DNA of 64,000 bases from Candidatus Heimdallarchaeota archaeon (GCA_011364965.1 RDOB01000005.1:64001-128000), one strand, 5' to 3'. Positions 39,850-51,129 are shown, numbered from the stretch's first letter. The notes: generated by a model not told the origin, from the letters alone. Program-made: numbers and translations.

Positions 39850-40551
39850 ATGCCCAAGGAAAAAATCAAGCGGAGTATTGATAGAGAACACCATACATAC
39901 ACAGAGGGTGAAAGGAGAATATTTTTGCAATTAAGAGAGCGTTCAATGGAACTTTTGGAAACATTGCAAAAAATAGGATATAAAGCCTTTATTCATGGTT
40001 CCGTTGCTAGGGGAGATGTTACTGAAAGCTCCGATATTGATATTCATATACCCATTCAGATTCCGAGCTTTAAATTAGATATTTTGCATGAATTCAACAA
40101 TTCTAAAAGACGAATACTTGTCGGTACTCCAAATTCAGTAATAAAGGGGTGGATTGAACGCGATGACGGAGTTACTTTAACTTTTCCACTGAGTCGTCCC
40201 AAAGAACGTGAATTGGAGTTCTACATATTTTCTGGGCATCTTTATTTATCAGGATTACAGAAAAAAATCCGAATTGCAGGCGTTAATAAAAATTTATTAC
40301 TAATCGAACCTACGGAGAATGGTTTTTGGGCATCTTCCATAATAGAGAACCCTGAACGAGTGATACAAGTGTTAAAAATCTCTCAGAGAATTGTTGACGA
40401 GCGAATTCGTGTACTTACACGTCGTGATGCAATAGGTAGGACTGGAATAGTACTAGACTATACACTTAATCCTGAAGAAAATTTTGAGCAAGCATTAAGG
40501 TACATTGCAGATAGAAACCGGATTATAAGGAAAATCATTCAATCACAATAA
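39850..40551 (+). CDS. Pol beta-superfamily nucleotidyltransferase (archaeal)
   Basis: HGSVARGDV..SDIDI motif. Confidence 0.85.
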   Translation: MPKEKIKRSIDREHHTYTEGERRIFLQLRERSMELLETLQKIGYKAFIHGSVARGDVTESSDIDIHIPIQIPSFKLDILHEFNNSKRRILVGTPNSVIKGWIERDDGVTLTFPLSRPKERELEFYIFSGHLYLSGLQKKIRIAGVNKNLLLIEPTENGFWASSIIENPERVIQVLKISQRIVDERIRVLTRRDAIGRTGIVLDYTLNPEENFEQALRYIADRNRIIRKIIQSQ

Positions 40552-40665
40552 CTACCTTGAATCCCATTTTTGCCTAAACATAATCATACATATACTAGAC
40601 TGTAAATAATTTCCAGTACCATATTATAGCTCATAATTCTACCTGAAAAGGAGTTAAATCAAAAA

Positions 40666-42564
40666 ATGAGTAATATCGCTAGTTCAAAGTCAACAGATGA
40701 TCAATCAGTGTCCATATCAGTTGTGTTAATTGGAATAATATTAGGGTTAGTGATGAATTGGCTAGCACTTTACCTTAATATAGTACTTGGCCTATTATCA
40801 ATAGGAATTTCCAGCTTTGTAGTGTTATTATTTACAAGGATCGTATTGAGAGAAAGAGCAACTAAGAGAAATTTATCACTTGTCTCAATTGCATATGGCG
40901 CAACCTCCGCTGCTGAAGCTAGTGTTGGGCTCTTATTTTTGCTCTGGTTGTCAGAAAATGCCTCATCATTTAGTTTGGATTTCAATCCTCCAAGCTGGTT
41001 GCTACCAAGTTCTGAAATCATAGCTAATCGTCTTATATTTTCGGTGGAGTGGATAATACCCCTTCTCATTCATTATTTTTTGATGTTAATCCCTGGAATA
41101 TCTGGTTTAATTCTGGGGATTTATTTAGCACCCAAATTTCTCCATAATGATGAGGAATACCCTTTTCCTGGAACAATTCAGGCAGTTAAAACAGTAGAGG
41201 TTCTTGTAACGAATCAAAAATCCAAAGTACAATTATTTAAACGATTCCTATTTCTAGGTTTCATTATTGCTTTTGTTACATTATTAATTCCTGTAATTGA
41301 CTTTTCTCAAGTTAGTACAGGGATGATTTTTGGAATTATGCTTGGTACTATCGGGGTTACAATGTTTGCAGTTGGGATTGTTGTGAACAATCCAAAGATT
41401 ACCGTCCCCGCAGGAATAGCCTCAATTGCTTTTTATTCAATTTTAAGTCCAATGCTCATTGATATAGCTGATTTTCAAAGCAAAGTCGCGTTAGGGATTG
41501 TTTCCAACGATTTTTATGGTATTTATTCTTATCTACTTCAAAATACGTTTTTATCTTTCATAATTGGATTTCTACTATCAGCAGCATTACTAAATCCCAT
41601 TTTCTGGAGATTACTTAGGAATTTATATCATAAAATCAAACCAATCAAAAGCAAGAATTCAGATGCAGAGGCTTCTTTTAATCAGGTGGAATCAAAAGAG
41701 GTTGAAATAGATGTTTCACAGAATGAAAAAACTAACAGCCAACTCTCTCTTTTTCAAAAACTTATCTCAAAACTAAAAATAACTAAACGAGAATTAGTTC
41801 TCTCTGGTGTATATGTTGGAGTATTAGTAATTTCTACACTTTTCGTGGTCTTATTGGATATTCTACCTGGTGTTGAATTTGAAGTTGTTTTTCTGCTTTT
41901 AATTTGGATTTTATTACTTGCTTCAGTAATTCAGGGGTACATTACTGCCTCAACGATCGCAAAAAGCTCTACAGCTATTGGGCTCCCTTTTATTTTTGAT
42001 AATATACCAATTTTTCTGACTGGGGCTCGTGGATTACTTCCATATATAGCTACCCCAAAAGCGGAAATTGGGGAGACCATTCACATAATAACAACCTTAA
42101 AATTCGGACAACAAATGAGGATAAGACAGAAGCATACACTATCTGCGTTTCTCGCAGGTTATCTTGTTGCAGCACTTATTACACCGTTTTTTGCTCTTTT
42201 CTTATGGAATGCACTTGGAATTGGGACTGTAAATTTTCCAGCACCCGGATTTCCAATAACATTAGCAATGATCGGTCCTTTTGCCGCTGGAGCTATAGAA
42301 GTTTTCTTCAACATTGGGGAATTAATTTTAGGAGCTGGTGCAGCACTTTTCTTTCCTGGAATCGGTATTAGCATAGCTATTGGATTATTTCTTCCTCCTC
42401 ATATGGCTATCTGCCTTTCTTCGGGCGGAATTCTGGCCATATTTCTCCAGAAGCATTATGGTAAAGAATGGATGGATGATAAAGGGAAAATCATTGCTAC
42501 AGCCCTATCTGTTGGCGCAACTTTCACTGTGCCGCTTCTAATCCTAATTAACTTGATTTCATAA
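40666..42564 (+). CDS. OPT/YSL-family oligopeptide transporter-like membrane protein
   Basis: About 15 TM helices; YPFPG and FPAPG motifs. Confidence 0.7.
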   Translation: MSNIASSKSTDDQSVSISVVLIGIILGLVMNWLALYLNIVLGLLSIGISSFVVLLFTRIVLRERATKRNLSLVSIAYGATSAAEASVGLLFLLWLSENASSFSLDFNPPSWLLPSSEIIANRLIFSVEWIIPLLIHYFLMLIPGISGLILGIYLAPKFLHNDEEYPFPGTIQAVKTVEVLVTNQKSKVQLFKRFLFLGFIIAFVTLLIPVIDFSQVSTGMIFGIMLGTIGVTMFAVGIVVNNPKITVPAGIASIAFYSILSPMLIDIADFQSKVALGIVSNDFYGIYSYLLQNTFLSFIIGFLLSAALLNPIFWRLLRNLYHKIKPIKSKNSDAEASFNQVESKEVEIDVSQNEKTNSQLSLFQKLISKLKITKRELVLSGVYVGVLVISTLFVVLLDILPGVEFEVVFLLLIWILLLASVIQGYITASTIAKSSTAIGLPFIFDNIPIFLTGARGLLPYIATPKAEIGETIHIITTLKFGQQMRIRQKHTLSAFLAGYLVAALITPFFALFLWNALGIGTVNFPAPGFPITLAMIGPFAAGAIEVFFNIGELILGAGAALFFPGIGISIAIGLFLPPHMAICLSSGGILAIFLQKHYGKEWMDDKGKIIATALSVGATFTVPLLILINLIS

Positions 42565-42606
42565 CAAAATGTCAACCTTTAATAATCTTCTCACACCTAA
42601 TAGCGA

Positions 42607-43458
42607 TTGAAAATGGCATTGGATGATACTGTTGATAGACGATACCTTCTTAGGAAGTTTCACCAATCAAAAGTGATCTTGGTCGCAGATTTACATCTTG
42701 GATTTGAAGCTGAATGGTCTCATAGAGGAATTGATTCTAAAGATCCATCAATTTCATATACAATCATTGATCGATTAATGTCTGATATTAATCGTACCAA
42801 AGCGAATCATTTAATCATTTTGGGAGATATTTTCCATAGTGTGTTTGATTTCAGATCGGTGACGAAGGGAAAATCATGGAAAACTCCCGATTGGATTCTG
42901 GACAAAGTTGGATCCTATTTTAGATCAGAAATTATTTCTAGATCAGAAGTAAAACTTACAACAATTCAAGGAAATCAAGATGGTTTCCTTCGTTCTTATA
43001 TTAATAATAACTCAATAATCCCTCCCGAGGGAGAATTTCTTGAGAACTACAATCTTGGAGTTCTCCATGGCAATGTTCCACCAGCAATGGATGTTCTAAA
43101 TGCTTCTGAAATCATGCTGGGCCATATACACCCGATGATTGAATTAATTGATGAGATGGGGTTAAAGCATAAACTACCAGTTTTTGCAAGGCTTTCAATT
43201 TCTCGGGAGCAATTATTTAAAATATTTGGAATATATATTGATGAGGATGAATTATTTGACGTAGGGTTAATTGATTTGGTGAAGATCATTATTTTACCTA
43301 GTTATAATGTTCATATTCCTGGATTGGTTCTAAATAACAGGAAAGGAATCATGAAAAAAACACAAGATTTTCCTATATTGAGAAAAATTATATCTCACCC
43401 TGAATTAGAAATCCAAATGACAAATGGAGTAGTGTTAGGTAATTTAGAAGATATATAA
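42607..43458 (+). CDS. Metallophosphoesterase (Lhr-associated type)
   Basis: ADLHLG, LGDIFH, GNQD, LHG, GHIHP; convergent with Lhr. Confidence 0.85.
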   Translation: MKMALDDTVDRRYLLRKFHQSKVILVADLHLGFEAEWSHRGIDSKDPSISYTIIDRLMSDINRTKANHLIILGDIFHSVFDFRSVTKGKSWKTPDWILDKVGSYFRSEIISRSEVKLTTIQGNQDGFLRSYINNNSIIPPEGEFLENYNLGVLHGNVPPAMDVLNASEIMLGHIHPMIELIDEMGLKHKLPVFARLSISREQLFKIFGIYIDEDELFDVGLIDLVKIIILPSYNVHIPGLVLNNRKGIMKKTQDFPILRKIISHPELEIQMTNGVVLGNLEDI

Positions 43459-43482
43459 GGGGAAATTAGAAATCCGAAAAAT

Positions 43483-46350
43483 TTATCCCCAATACTCTCT
43501 GGTTCTCGAGAAATTAGCCTCATGTTCATATATTGAGGCTAGTAGATCCTCTGTATTCTTGTGAGGTTCTCTTAAGATTCTTACAGCAGTTTTTGGTCCA
43601 ATTCCCCGTCCTGCAAGAATGAAAGCAGCACTTTTTCCAAATGATAAAATTAAATCCGCTGATTTTTTAGCAGTATTCAATTCTCTTCTCTCATCTTTAG
43701 TTAATCTATCCTTAGGATTCTTTGAGACAGATCTATTAAGTAATTTTTTTATGGTTGTATTGGTAGGATGGACAACAGCCACATATCGTGACTGACATTG
43801 AGGGCAACGGATAATATCAGGTAAGCTTGCGATTCTTTGAGTTTTTTCAAATTTACATCCAATTCTCATACATACTAAACGGATCCATGTATTTTCCAAT
43901 CGTTTTTCAATTTTGTTAAGAATAACATGAGACGGTCGAATTTTCAAGACATTAAGTGAAATGGGTTGAGTAGCAGCCGCAGCAAGAGGAGAATCAAAAC
44001 TTTCAACCCGAACTACCTCTATTTGGAGTTTACCTGAAGAAATATCACTAAAAAAATCAATTACTGTTTCAATATCCATATTCTCTGAGAATATTTCATT
44101 GAGAGTTTCCTCCCCAATGATCGTATTTTTATATCTAGATAAAATAATTCTCGTCATCATGGGGGAATTCTCTACCGAATCTGTAATTGCTCCAAATCGC
44201 TGAGCTACTTGTCGAATCCTCCATGCAAAAAGGTCGCTATTCAATATTCTTTCCCTTAAAAGAGGGCCGATATGTTTAGGATTAATAGAGAAAATAATTT
44301 CATGGAAATCGATGGGCCGTGGAAGTGAGATAAAAACTGAATAAGGATCAGCTCGGTATTGGACAGATAAACCTTGTTTCGCTCCAATGATCGAAGTGAG
44401 TAATAAACCTAAAGTATCATTACCCTTGGAACCTAGAAATGTATGAAATACAGCGCTTAAACCAGTTGATTCTATTAAAACACAATTCTTTCTTGGTAAT
44501 TTCCCTAAAAGCTTCTGATTATAAATAAAATCGTGAATTTCTTTATTGATTGATGGAGACTCGTGAATTTCAGGATTTTCAGATTCAAAGAGGTCTAAAG
44601 CTGATTGAGTAACTAATTTTGAAACTGGGATTAGTTCTCCTTCCCAAGTAGGAATTGCAGCTTCCCCAACACTTTTCACTTGCCGTACTTCAATTCTATC
44701 GTCCTTTATTGATAAAAATTCCCAAGGTAAACCATTTAAAATAAAAATAGTCCCCTTCTCACCACGAGTTGCAACAAAAGATTCGTCTAATTGCCCCACA
44801 CGCTCCTTTCTTCCCACATCAAAGACATGATAACTTTTCTTTGTAGGAATACTGCTAAGATTTGAATAATAATATTTGTATGCCTTTCTTTTAGCCCTAA
44901 GGTAAACCTCGTTTGTCTCCTGATCTTTATCTATGAAGAAAAAGTAATTATCTCTTCCATATTCAAGGAGTGGCAATAAATCTTTAGCAGTATATTCAAG
45001 GAATGGTTGAGCATTCGTTATTATCATAAGAATCTTACGAACTGAAGTTTTTCCATGATCCAATAATATTCCTATAATTGCATGAAATAAAATGTCCAGG
45101 GCAGCGTTGTGTATATGAGATGATTCAATTTTTCCTCTGTTCACTAAAGTTTTAATGAGATATGATTCTAGTAATTCTCTTGGTGTCTCTGTAATAATGA
45201 TACCTTTACTTTCCAGATCTAGACCGTGACCAGATCTCCCTATTCGTTGGATAATCGTTTCAATCTGTCTTGGACTCATATACTGAATTACCAAGCTTAT
45301 TGCACCTATATCAATACCTAACTCTAAACTTGATGTGGCAATGATTAAATCAAGGTTTCCCGCTCTTACTTCGTGTTCTGCGATCATTCGTGATTGCGAA
45401 CTGAGGCTAGAATGATGTACTTCAAAATTTATTCTCTCCGACTCGTCTATAACTTCATTATATCGATTGAATCGATAACCCAGTATTTCAGCTTGCTGTC
45501 GAGTATTTGTAAATAAAAGAACAGTTCCTTTTTCCTTTTTAACAATCTCCACCACTCTTAAAAACCTTGAAGCTGCTTCATCAGTAGTATGTAAGGTTTT
45601 AGAGAATTCTTGGCTATTCACGGGAAGGAGAGTGGGAAATTCAATTTTAATTTGTAATTTTTTTAGCGGAGGAATTTCAACAATTCTCTTCCGATAACTT
45701 GTAGGAGCAAGAAAATTCATAACTTCTTCTGGATTACCCAATGTCGCTGAAAGGCCTATGCGTTGAACATGATCTGATGCACGATAACATAATCTTTCTA
45801 ATGCTAAGGAAAGTTGAATACCTCGTTTTGTACTAACCAATTCATGAATTTCATCAATAACGACCGTTTTTACATTTTTTAGATATTCACGACCCAGAAT
45901 TTTCGCTGGAAGAATAGCTTGGAATAATTCTGGGGTAGTAATTAGTATCTGCGGAGGTTTCTTTGTCTGTCTTGCTCGTTCTGATTTGGGAGTATCTCCA
46001 TGCCGTACAGCAATGGAAATCCCTAATTTCTCTGCCAATTGTGGTAGGACTCTTCGAAATATGTCACGATTTAATGCTTTTAGAGGAGTAATTATAATTG
46101 TAGAAATAGGTGTGTGTGAATTAGTTAGAATGTTGTGAATGCAAGCAATCGCAGTTCCAAATGTTTTACCTGACCCTGTGGAAGCTATTACTAAAACATC
46201 TTCATATGATATAATCGATTTAAGGTATTCCAGTTGTCCAGGGGTTGGTGTGATATTTAACTCTTCCAATACCTTTTGTATTCGCTTATCAAGCATTTGG
46301 AACGACAAAGAATGTTTTCTTCCTTTTTTATTATTTAGAATCCAAATCAT
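43483..46350 (-). CDS. lhr: Lhr-family DEAD/DEAH helicase
   Basis: TGSGKT, PLKALNRD, RHGDT, DEIH, GLSAT, HHSSLS, SSLELGIDIG, QRIGRSGH; C-terminal Zn finger and GRGIG HhH. Confidence 0.92.
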   Translation of the reverse strand: MIWILNNKKGRKHSLSFQMLDKRIQKVLEELNITPTPGQLEYLKSIISYEDVLVIASTGSGKTFGTAIACIHNILTNSHTPISTIIITPLKALNRDIFRRVLPQLAEKLGISIAVRHGDTPKSERARQTKKPPQILITTPELFQAILPAKILGREYLKNVKTVVIDEIHELVSTKRGIQLSLALERLCYRASDHVQRIGLSATLGNPEEVMNFLAPTSYRKRIVEIPPLKKLQIKIEFPTLLPVNSQEFSKTLHTTDEAASRFLRVVEIVKKEKGTVLLFTNTRQQAEILGYRFNRYNEVIDESERINFEVHHSSLSSQSRMIAEHEVRAGNLDLIIATSSLELGIDIGAISLVIQYMSPRQIETIIQRIGRSGHGLDLESKGIIITETPRELLESYLIKTLVNRGKIESSHIHNAALDILFHAIIGILLDHGKTSVRKILMIITNAQPFLEYTAKDLLPLLEYGRDNYFFFIDKDQETNEVYLRAKRKAYKYYYSNLSSIPTKKSYHVFDVGRKERVGQLDESFVATRGEKGTIFILNGLPWEFLSIKDDRIEVRQVKSVGEAAIPTWEGELIPVSKLVTQSALDLFESENPEIHESPSINKEIHDFIYNQKLLGKLPRKNCVLIESTGLSAVFHTFLGSKGNDTLGLLLTSIIGAKQGLSVQYRADPYSVFISLPRPIDFHEIIFSINPKHIGPLLRERILNSDLFAWRIRQVAQRFGAITDSVENSPMMTRIILSRYKNTIIGEETLNEIFSENMDIETVIDFFSDISSGKLQIEVVRVESFDSPLAAAATQPISLNVLKIRPSHVILNKIEKRLENTWIRLVCMRIGCKFEKTQRIASLPDIIRCPQCQSRYVAVVHPTNTTIKKLLNRSVSKNPKDRLTKDERRELNTAKKSADLILSFGKSAAFILAGRGIGPKTAVRILREPHKNTEDLLASIYEHEANFSRTREYWG

Positions 46351-46653
46351 CTGATGTTTATGGAAATTAAATCACAATAAGGGAAATAATTTAGGTTTTT
46401 TTTCTTTCTTATTCATACAGGTTTCTATTTCAATTGATTTAAGCTAGATTTAAAATTTCAAGTATATTGACAACTTTATCTACATTCTTCCATCTACATT
46501 CTTCTTTATAGCATAGATACAATAAAATTACATTAATAAATTAATAATTTTTTAAACTGATATTGTAAAATCTAAGCATAGATGAATATTTTTTTTGATC
46601 AAAGCTCGCTAATTTAGCCATATAAATTTTTATATTGATATTGGTGAATTATT

Positions 46654-47583
46654 TTGGAAGATCTGGACATTAAAGTTCGAGTTCACAGCATTTATGAGAA
46701 TTTAAAGACATTTATTGAGACACAAGTTCGTGAACGCGAAGTTGAAGGAGCTCTTGTTTTATTCTCGGGTTATATGGATTCAACAGTTGTTTCAAAACTT
46801 GCTATTGATGCTCTTGGACAGGATGCGGTTCAAGTCATTCTCCGAACAGATAAGTATGTAGAGAATCAAGAGGAAGTATTTAAAGAATCTATTGCCTTTT
46901 TAGATATATCTGAAGAAAAAATTATTAGCTGTGATATAGAAAAATTAATGAGAAATTACGGAGCAGAAAATCTGTCCATTCCTGGATCTATAAGAGAAAT
47001 TCCTTCACTTTATCAACCCCTTAGTTATTCATTGTTAAAATTTGCTGCACGAAAAGAAATTGAAGGAAAAACATATGGAATGGTTGGAAAAGCAAGCTCC
47101 GATAGAGAGCGATTGATCCATAAAATCATTGCCTATTCTAAATTGCGTTCTCGTTTGCATATGTCAATTGCTTATTTGAATGCTGAGACAAAGAACTTAT
47201 TTTTGTTTGGAACAATAAATAAAACTGAATTATTAACAGGTCTTTTTACTAAATGGGGACATGGACATGCTGCGGATTTAATGCCATTAGGAAATCTGTA
47301 CCGTTCTCAGGTATTTCAACTCGCCGAATATTTAGAAATTCCTGAGACTATTAGGGGATTAGCAAAAGCAGATCTTCTACCAGGGATTGCAAATAAATAT
47401 CAATATTTCTTTAATATGGATGCAATTGATGTTGATCGAATATTGGTTCGTTTAGAAAATGGTTTGGATAGTAAGGATATTCAAAAAGAAACAGATTTTT
47501 CAGAGGAATCAATTGATAAAATCCTTTCTTATTTTAACTCATCGGCATACACTAGAGCTGCTCCATTAATACCTAAAATATAG
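46654..47583 (+). CDS. NadE-like paralogue, divergent
   Basis: SGYMDS, NKTELLTGLFTKWG, DLMPLGNLYRSQV; lacks the canonical SAGL, QTDE and HKR motifs. Confidence 0.75.
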   Translation: MEDLDIKVRVHSIYENLKTFIETQVREREVEGALVLFSGYMDSTVVSKLAIDALGQDAVQVILRTDKYVENQEEVFKESIAFLDISEEKIISCDIEKLMRNYGAENLSIPGSIREIPSLYQPLSYSLLKFAARKEIEGKTYGMVGKASSDRERLIHKIIAYSKLRSRLHMSIAYLNAETKNLFLFGTINKTELLTGLFTKWGHGHAADLMPLGNLYRSQVFQLAEYLEIPETIRGLAKADLLPGIANKYQYFFNMDAIDVDRILVRLENGLDSKDIQKETDFSEESIDKILSYFNSSAYTRAAPLIPKI

Positions 47584-47591
47584 TATCTTAG

Positions 47592-49127
47592 CTAAATTAT
47601 TTCTAAAATAAAGGCCAAGAAAGATAGATACACGCCACTGAAAACAAGTAATATTAGTGATATGGGTACCAATCTTATCATGAAATATTTAAAGTCTAAG
47701 GGTCGTCCTTCTTTAGTTAAAATAGAAATAGCTAATATTGATGCTGCTGAACCAAATGGAGTTAAACCACCACCAAAAGCTCCTGCAAAGAGCAATATAA
47801 ACCAAAGAAAATTGGGATTATTTAGAGCAGATGGTAGTTCATTGATATCTGCTACTATTGGTATCAAAGCTGCTGTAACAGGAATATTATCAAGAACTCC
47901 ACTTACAAATGAAGCAATGATTAAAACCAAAATACCTGCAGAAAACAAATCACCTCTACTAATCTCTTTAAGTAAAGCTGCTAAATCTTCTAGAACGTGT
48001 GTTGCTTCTAATGTGCCAACTAGAATAAATAATCCCGAAAAGAAAAGAAGAGTATCCCATGAAAGATTTTGGAGTAACCTATATTCATCTGATTTTGTGA
48101 GGACTATGGCTAATATCCCCCCTAGTATAGCTATCACTCCTATAGGCACATTCAGGGTATCACTGAAAATAAAACCTAAAATGGTGAGCATTAGAGAAAG
48201 TGCAGCAAGATAAAATCTATTTCGATCTTCTACAACTCCCCATTCATCAAGAGATAAAATCATATCAGTATCAATGCCAGAAGTTGTAATATTACTCAAG
48301 GGAATTCTTTCTGGAGGGAATACTTTCCGCATATAATATATCGAAAATGGTATTACGAACAAAAGAAATGGGAGGGATATAACCAGAAAATCTACGAAAC
48401 CAATTCCTCCTGCTTGGCCAACCATTATTGATGGAAGAGAACTTACAAGAGTTGCCATTCCTGCAAGACTTGTAGCAAGGACAGCGCCCAATAAAAAAGG
48501 TGTGGGATCATAATCTAAGCCATTGCAGACCGTTAAGATCATGGAGCTGATTAGGATCATTGCTGTGACATTTGCTAAAACAGTGGAAAGAGCAAAAGTT
48601 AGAAGAAAAGTTAGGACAAATAACGGAAAAACCCGTCCCTGAGATATTTTTAACATGCGGATGATGATCCAATCAAACAAACCAGTCTCTGAAGTGGCTT
48701 CAACTAATATTGACATACCAAAAACAACTGCTAAAACCCCCCATTCCATATATCCATGGAACGGATCACCTGTGGGTAATATCACTAAATGCCATGCAAA
48801 ATTATCTAATAATAACACGGCAGAGAGGAGGGTTATAGCACATGCAACAAAAATAATAGTTATTTGTTTATGATGATATTTAGCAACCAAAATAAATGTT
48901 GAAATGAAAATCAATCCAAAATACATCATTTTTCCATATCGAATCGGAATTAATAGAAAAGGTATTATTATTCCAAATATAAAAATTCCTAAAACAAGTA
49001 TAATTAGTCTTACAATTCTATGAGAAAGAACTTTCCTAAAAATTGAATCTTGAGTAAATATGAACGTCCAAATATCCTTCAATTCTTTGGTTAATGGCTT
49101 TTCTTCGATACTCATATTTGAACACAT
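47592..49127 (-). CDS. ArsB/NhaD/SLC13 (ion transporter superfamily) permease
   Basis: STVLANVT, SGVLDNIP, GGGLTPFGSAAS; many TM helices. Confidence 0.88.
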   Translation of the reverse strand: MCSNMSIEEKPLTKELKDIWTFIFTQDSIFRKVLSHRIVRLIILVLGIFIFGIIIPFLLIPIRYGKMMYFGLIFISTFILVAKYHHKQITIIFVACAITLLSAVLLLDNFAWHLVILPTGDPFHGYMEWGVLAVVFGMSILVEATSETGLFDWIIIRMLKISQGRVFPLFVLTFLLTFALSTVLANVTAMILISSMILTVCNGLDYDPTPFLLGAVLATSLAGMATLVSSLPSIMVGQAGGIGFVDFLVISLPFLLFVIPFSIYYMRKVFPPERIPLSNITTSGIDTDMILSLDEWGVVEDRNRFYLAALSLMLTILGFIFSDTLNVPIGVIAILGGILAIVLTKSDEYRLLQNLSWDTLLFFSGLFILVGTLEATHVLEDLAALLKEISRGDLFSAGILVLIIASFVSGVLDNIPVTAALIPIVADINELPSALNNPNFLWFILLFAGAFGGGLTPFGSAASILAISILTKEGRPLDFKYFMIRLVPISLILLVFSGVYLSFLAFILEII

Positions 49128-49294
49128 CGGTTCATGCTATGTTGCGAGCTTTGAACTATTCTAAAGTTATGATTTGCAAAGTGAGCGGCGTATGCGAAAA
49201 TACTCATACCTTAAATGCGATTTTTTTCTTGAATTAGTATAAAGTTTCCGTAGATTCAATTCTTCAATAATCTTTTGGCCTAGTAATGTAAATT

Positions 49295-50302
49295 TTGAAC
49301 AGCGAGTCAATTATAAAAACCAAGGTATTTCTATGTTATTTTGGAGAATCCTGTATGAGTTTAAATGATCAATTAAAGATTGAGCCGACAAAAGTAATAT
49401 CTGCTATAACTAATTTTATCACTCCAATACTTGACAGACGGGGAATTGAGGGAGTTGTAATATTATACAAGAAAGACTTAGAATGCGCAGTTAATGTTGA
49501 AATTGCTAAAATGATTGTTGGAGAAAAAAATATTAGACTAGTTGTAACAAAAGGACGATTTACAGATAAGCAGCCCCGTGAAACAATGACTCTTGAAGAA
49601 GTCCGAAATTCAATAAATTTACCAAAAAGCAGTATTATTTTCATAAATAAAGAAAGAATATTAAATGAGATTCAGAGTAGCTATTCTGAGAAACCTAAAC
49701 TTTCAAGAGGTCTAATGGCCTCTGATTATTTACCTATTATTAATTATAATTTAAGCTATTATCTATTACGTAGTATGATTTCATCAGAAATTCGAGAGAA
49801 AACATTTAAAGCTCCAACAAAGAGACCTACTACCAATCGAGAGAAATTTTTCCAACGAAGTATCGCAAATTATAAAACACAAGTTCGGCTGCGCATGTTA
49901 CTTGCCTTTCTCGTTGCAGAGTCAGAGAATAAATCTTATTTTAGTAATATAAACAAATCAGAATGGTTGTTGGGATTATTTACAAAATTTGGGAGTTATC
50001 ATGCAGCAGATTTTTTACCTCTAGGAAATGTATACCGAACCCAAGTTTTTCAATTAGCAAAGCATTTGGGAGTAGAAAAAATTATTGAAAATGATCGACC
50101 GATTAAACCTTCGAGTTATGAATTCTTTTTTGGTCATTCTGCTGATGAAGTGGACAAAGTGCTTATCAGATTAGAGCAGGGATTAGCTATAGAGATTATT
50201 TCCAAAGAAACTGAGGTTCCAGTTGAGACAGTACAAAAAATTTTGACTCATTATGAAAGTTCTGATTATGCCCGTTATGTTCCTCAAATCCCACGAATTT
50301 AA
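49295..50302 (+). CDS. NadE-like paralogue with PP-loop lost
   Basis: NKSEWLLGLFTKFG and DFLPLGNVYRTQV are retained, but the SGGxDS position reads YKKDLEC. Likely start MSLND. Confidence 0.7.
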   Translation: MNSESIIKTKVFLCYFGESCMSLNDQLKIEPTKVISAITNFITPILDRRGIEGVVILYKKDLECAVNVEIAKMIVGEKNIRLVVTKGRFTDKQPRETMTLEEVRNSINLPKSSIIFINKERILNEIQSSYSEKPKLSRGLMASDYLPIINYNLSYYLLRSMISSEIREKTFKAPTKRPTTNREKFFQRSIANYKTQVRLRMLLAFLVAESENKSYFSNINKSEWLLGLFTKFGSYHAADFLPLGNVYRTQVFQLAKHLGVEKIIENDRPIKPSSYEFFFGHSADEVDKVLIRLEQGLAIEIISKETEVPVETVQKILTHYESSDYARYVPQIPRI

Positions 50303-50307
50303 TGAAT

Positions 50308-51111
50308 TCACAAAGTTTTCATCTTTCTTTTGAGAAATAATACCCCAAAACCAAAGATAGCTGCCACTGCAATTGAGGCTACAAAAATTTCAGCGATAAT
50401 CCATCTTCTCGGGTCAGGATTGGGAGGATTTGCATTTAGACCCAATGGATAATAAATTGGCAAGCCAGAGACATCAACATATGGATGATCATCATAACCT
50501 AAATAGGGATAGGTTCCAATATAATCATATGTTGTAATATTAATATACGCAATCCATTTAATCCATTTATAGCCATAAAACCTTGGACAGACCAACCGGA
50601 GGGGGAACCCGTGTATTTTAGGTAAAGGTTCTTCATTCATTTCATATGCTAATATCACATCGTCCCAATACGCTTCTTCGATACTCAAACTGCTTGAATA
50701 AGCTCCAACTGTCAGATCTGGAGTATGAAATGAAATGTCAATAGCTTTATCCTCCTGAATTTCTGCTAGATCAAGGATGTAAGAAAGCTTCACACCAGTC
50801 CAATTTGCTACTCCAGTCATCTCTCTCGCTCCCACTGTAAAAGCAATGCAAGTAAGTCGTACGATCTCTGAAGTGACTGGCATTTGTTTGATATCTTCTA
50901 GACTCAAATTCAAATAATTTCTAACTGCACCTGAGACCATTAATCGATATGATGTGGGTTCTATATCAAAATAATCAATAGCTGCAGTAAAAAAATCATC
51001 ATTTGAAGTAATGGGGATTTCTTCTTCATAGGAGATTACATTTATAGCAGCTGTTTGAGTAATCAATAAAGTTGAAATTATTAATAGAGAGTAAAACCAT
51101 TTTAAACTCAT
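50308..51111 (-). CDS. Molybdopterin-dependent oxidoreductase (sulfite oxidase/MsrP-like), secreted and membrane-anchored
   Basis: Signal peptide, LTC, ANWTGV, LAYEMN, HGFPLRL, GYKWIKW, C-terminal TM plus basic tail. Confidence 0.88.
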   Translation of the reverse strand: MSLKWFYSLLIISTLLITQTAAINVISYEEEIPITSNDDFFTAAIDYFDIEPTSYRLMVSGAVRNYLNLSLEDIKQMPVTSEIVRLTCIAFTVGAREMTGVANWTGVKLSYILDLAEIQEDKAIDISFHTPDLTVGAYSSSLSIEEAYWDDVILAYEMNEEPLPKIHGFPLRLVCPRFYGYKWIKWIAYINITTYDYIGTYPYLGYDDHPYVDVSGLPIYYPLGLNANPPNPDPRRWIIAEIFVASIAVAAIFGFGVLFLKRKMKTL

Positions 51112-51129
51112 TTGTTTCCCTTTTTCTCT

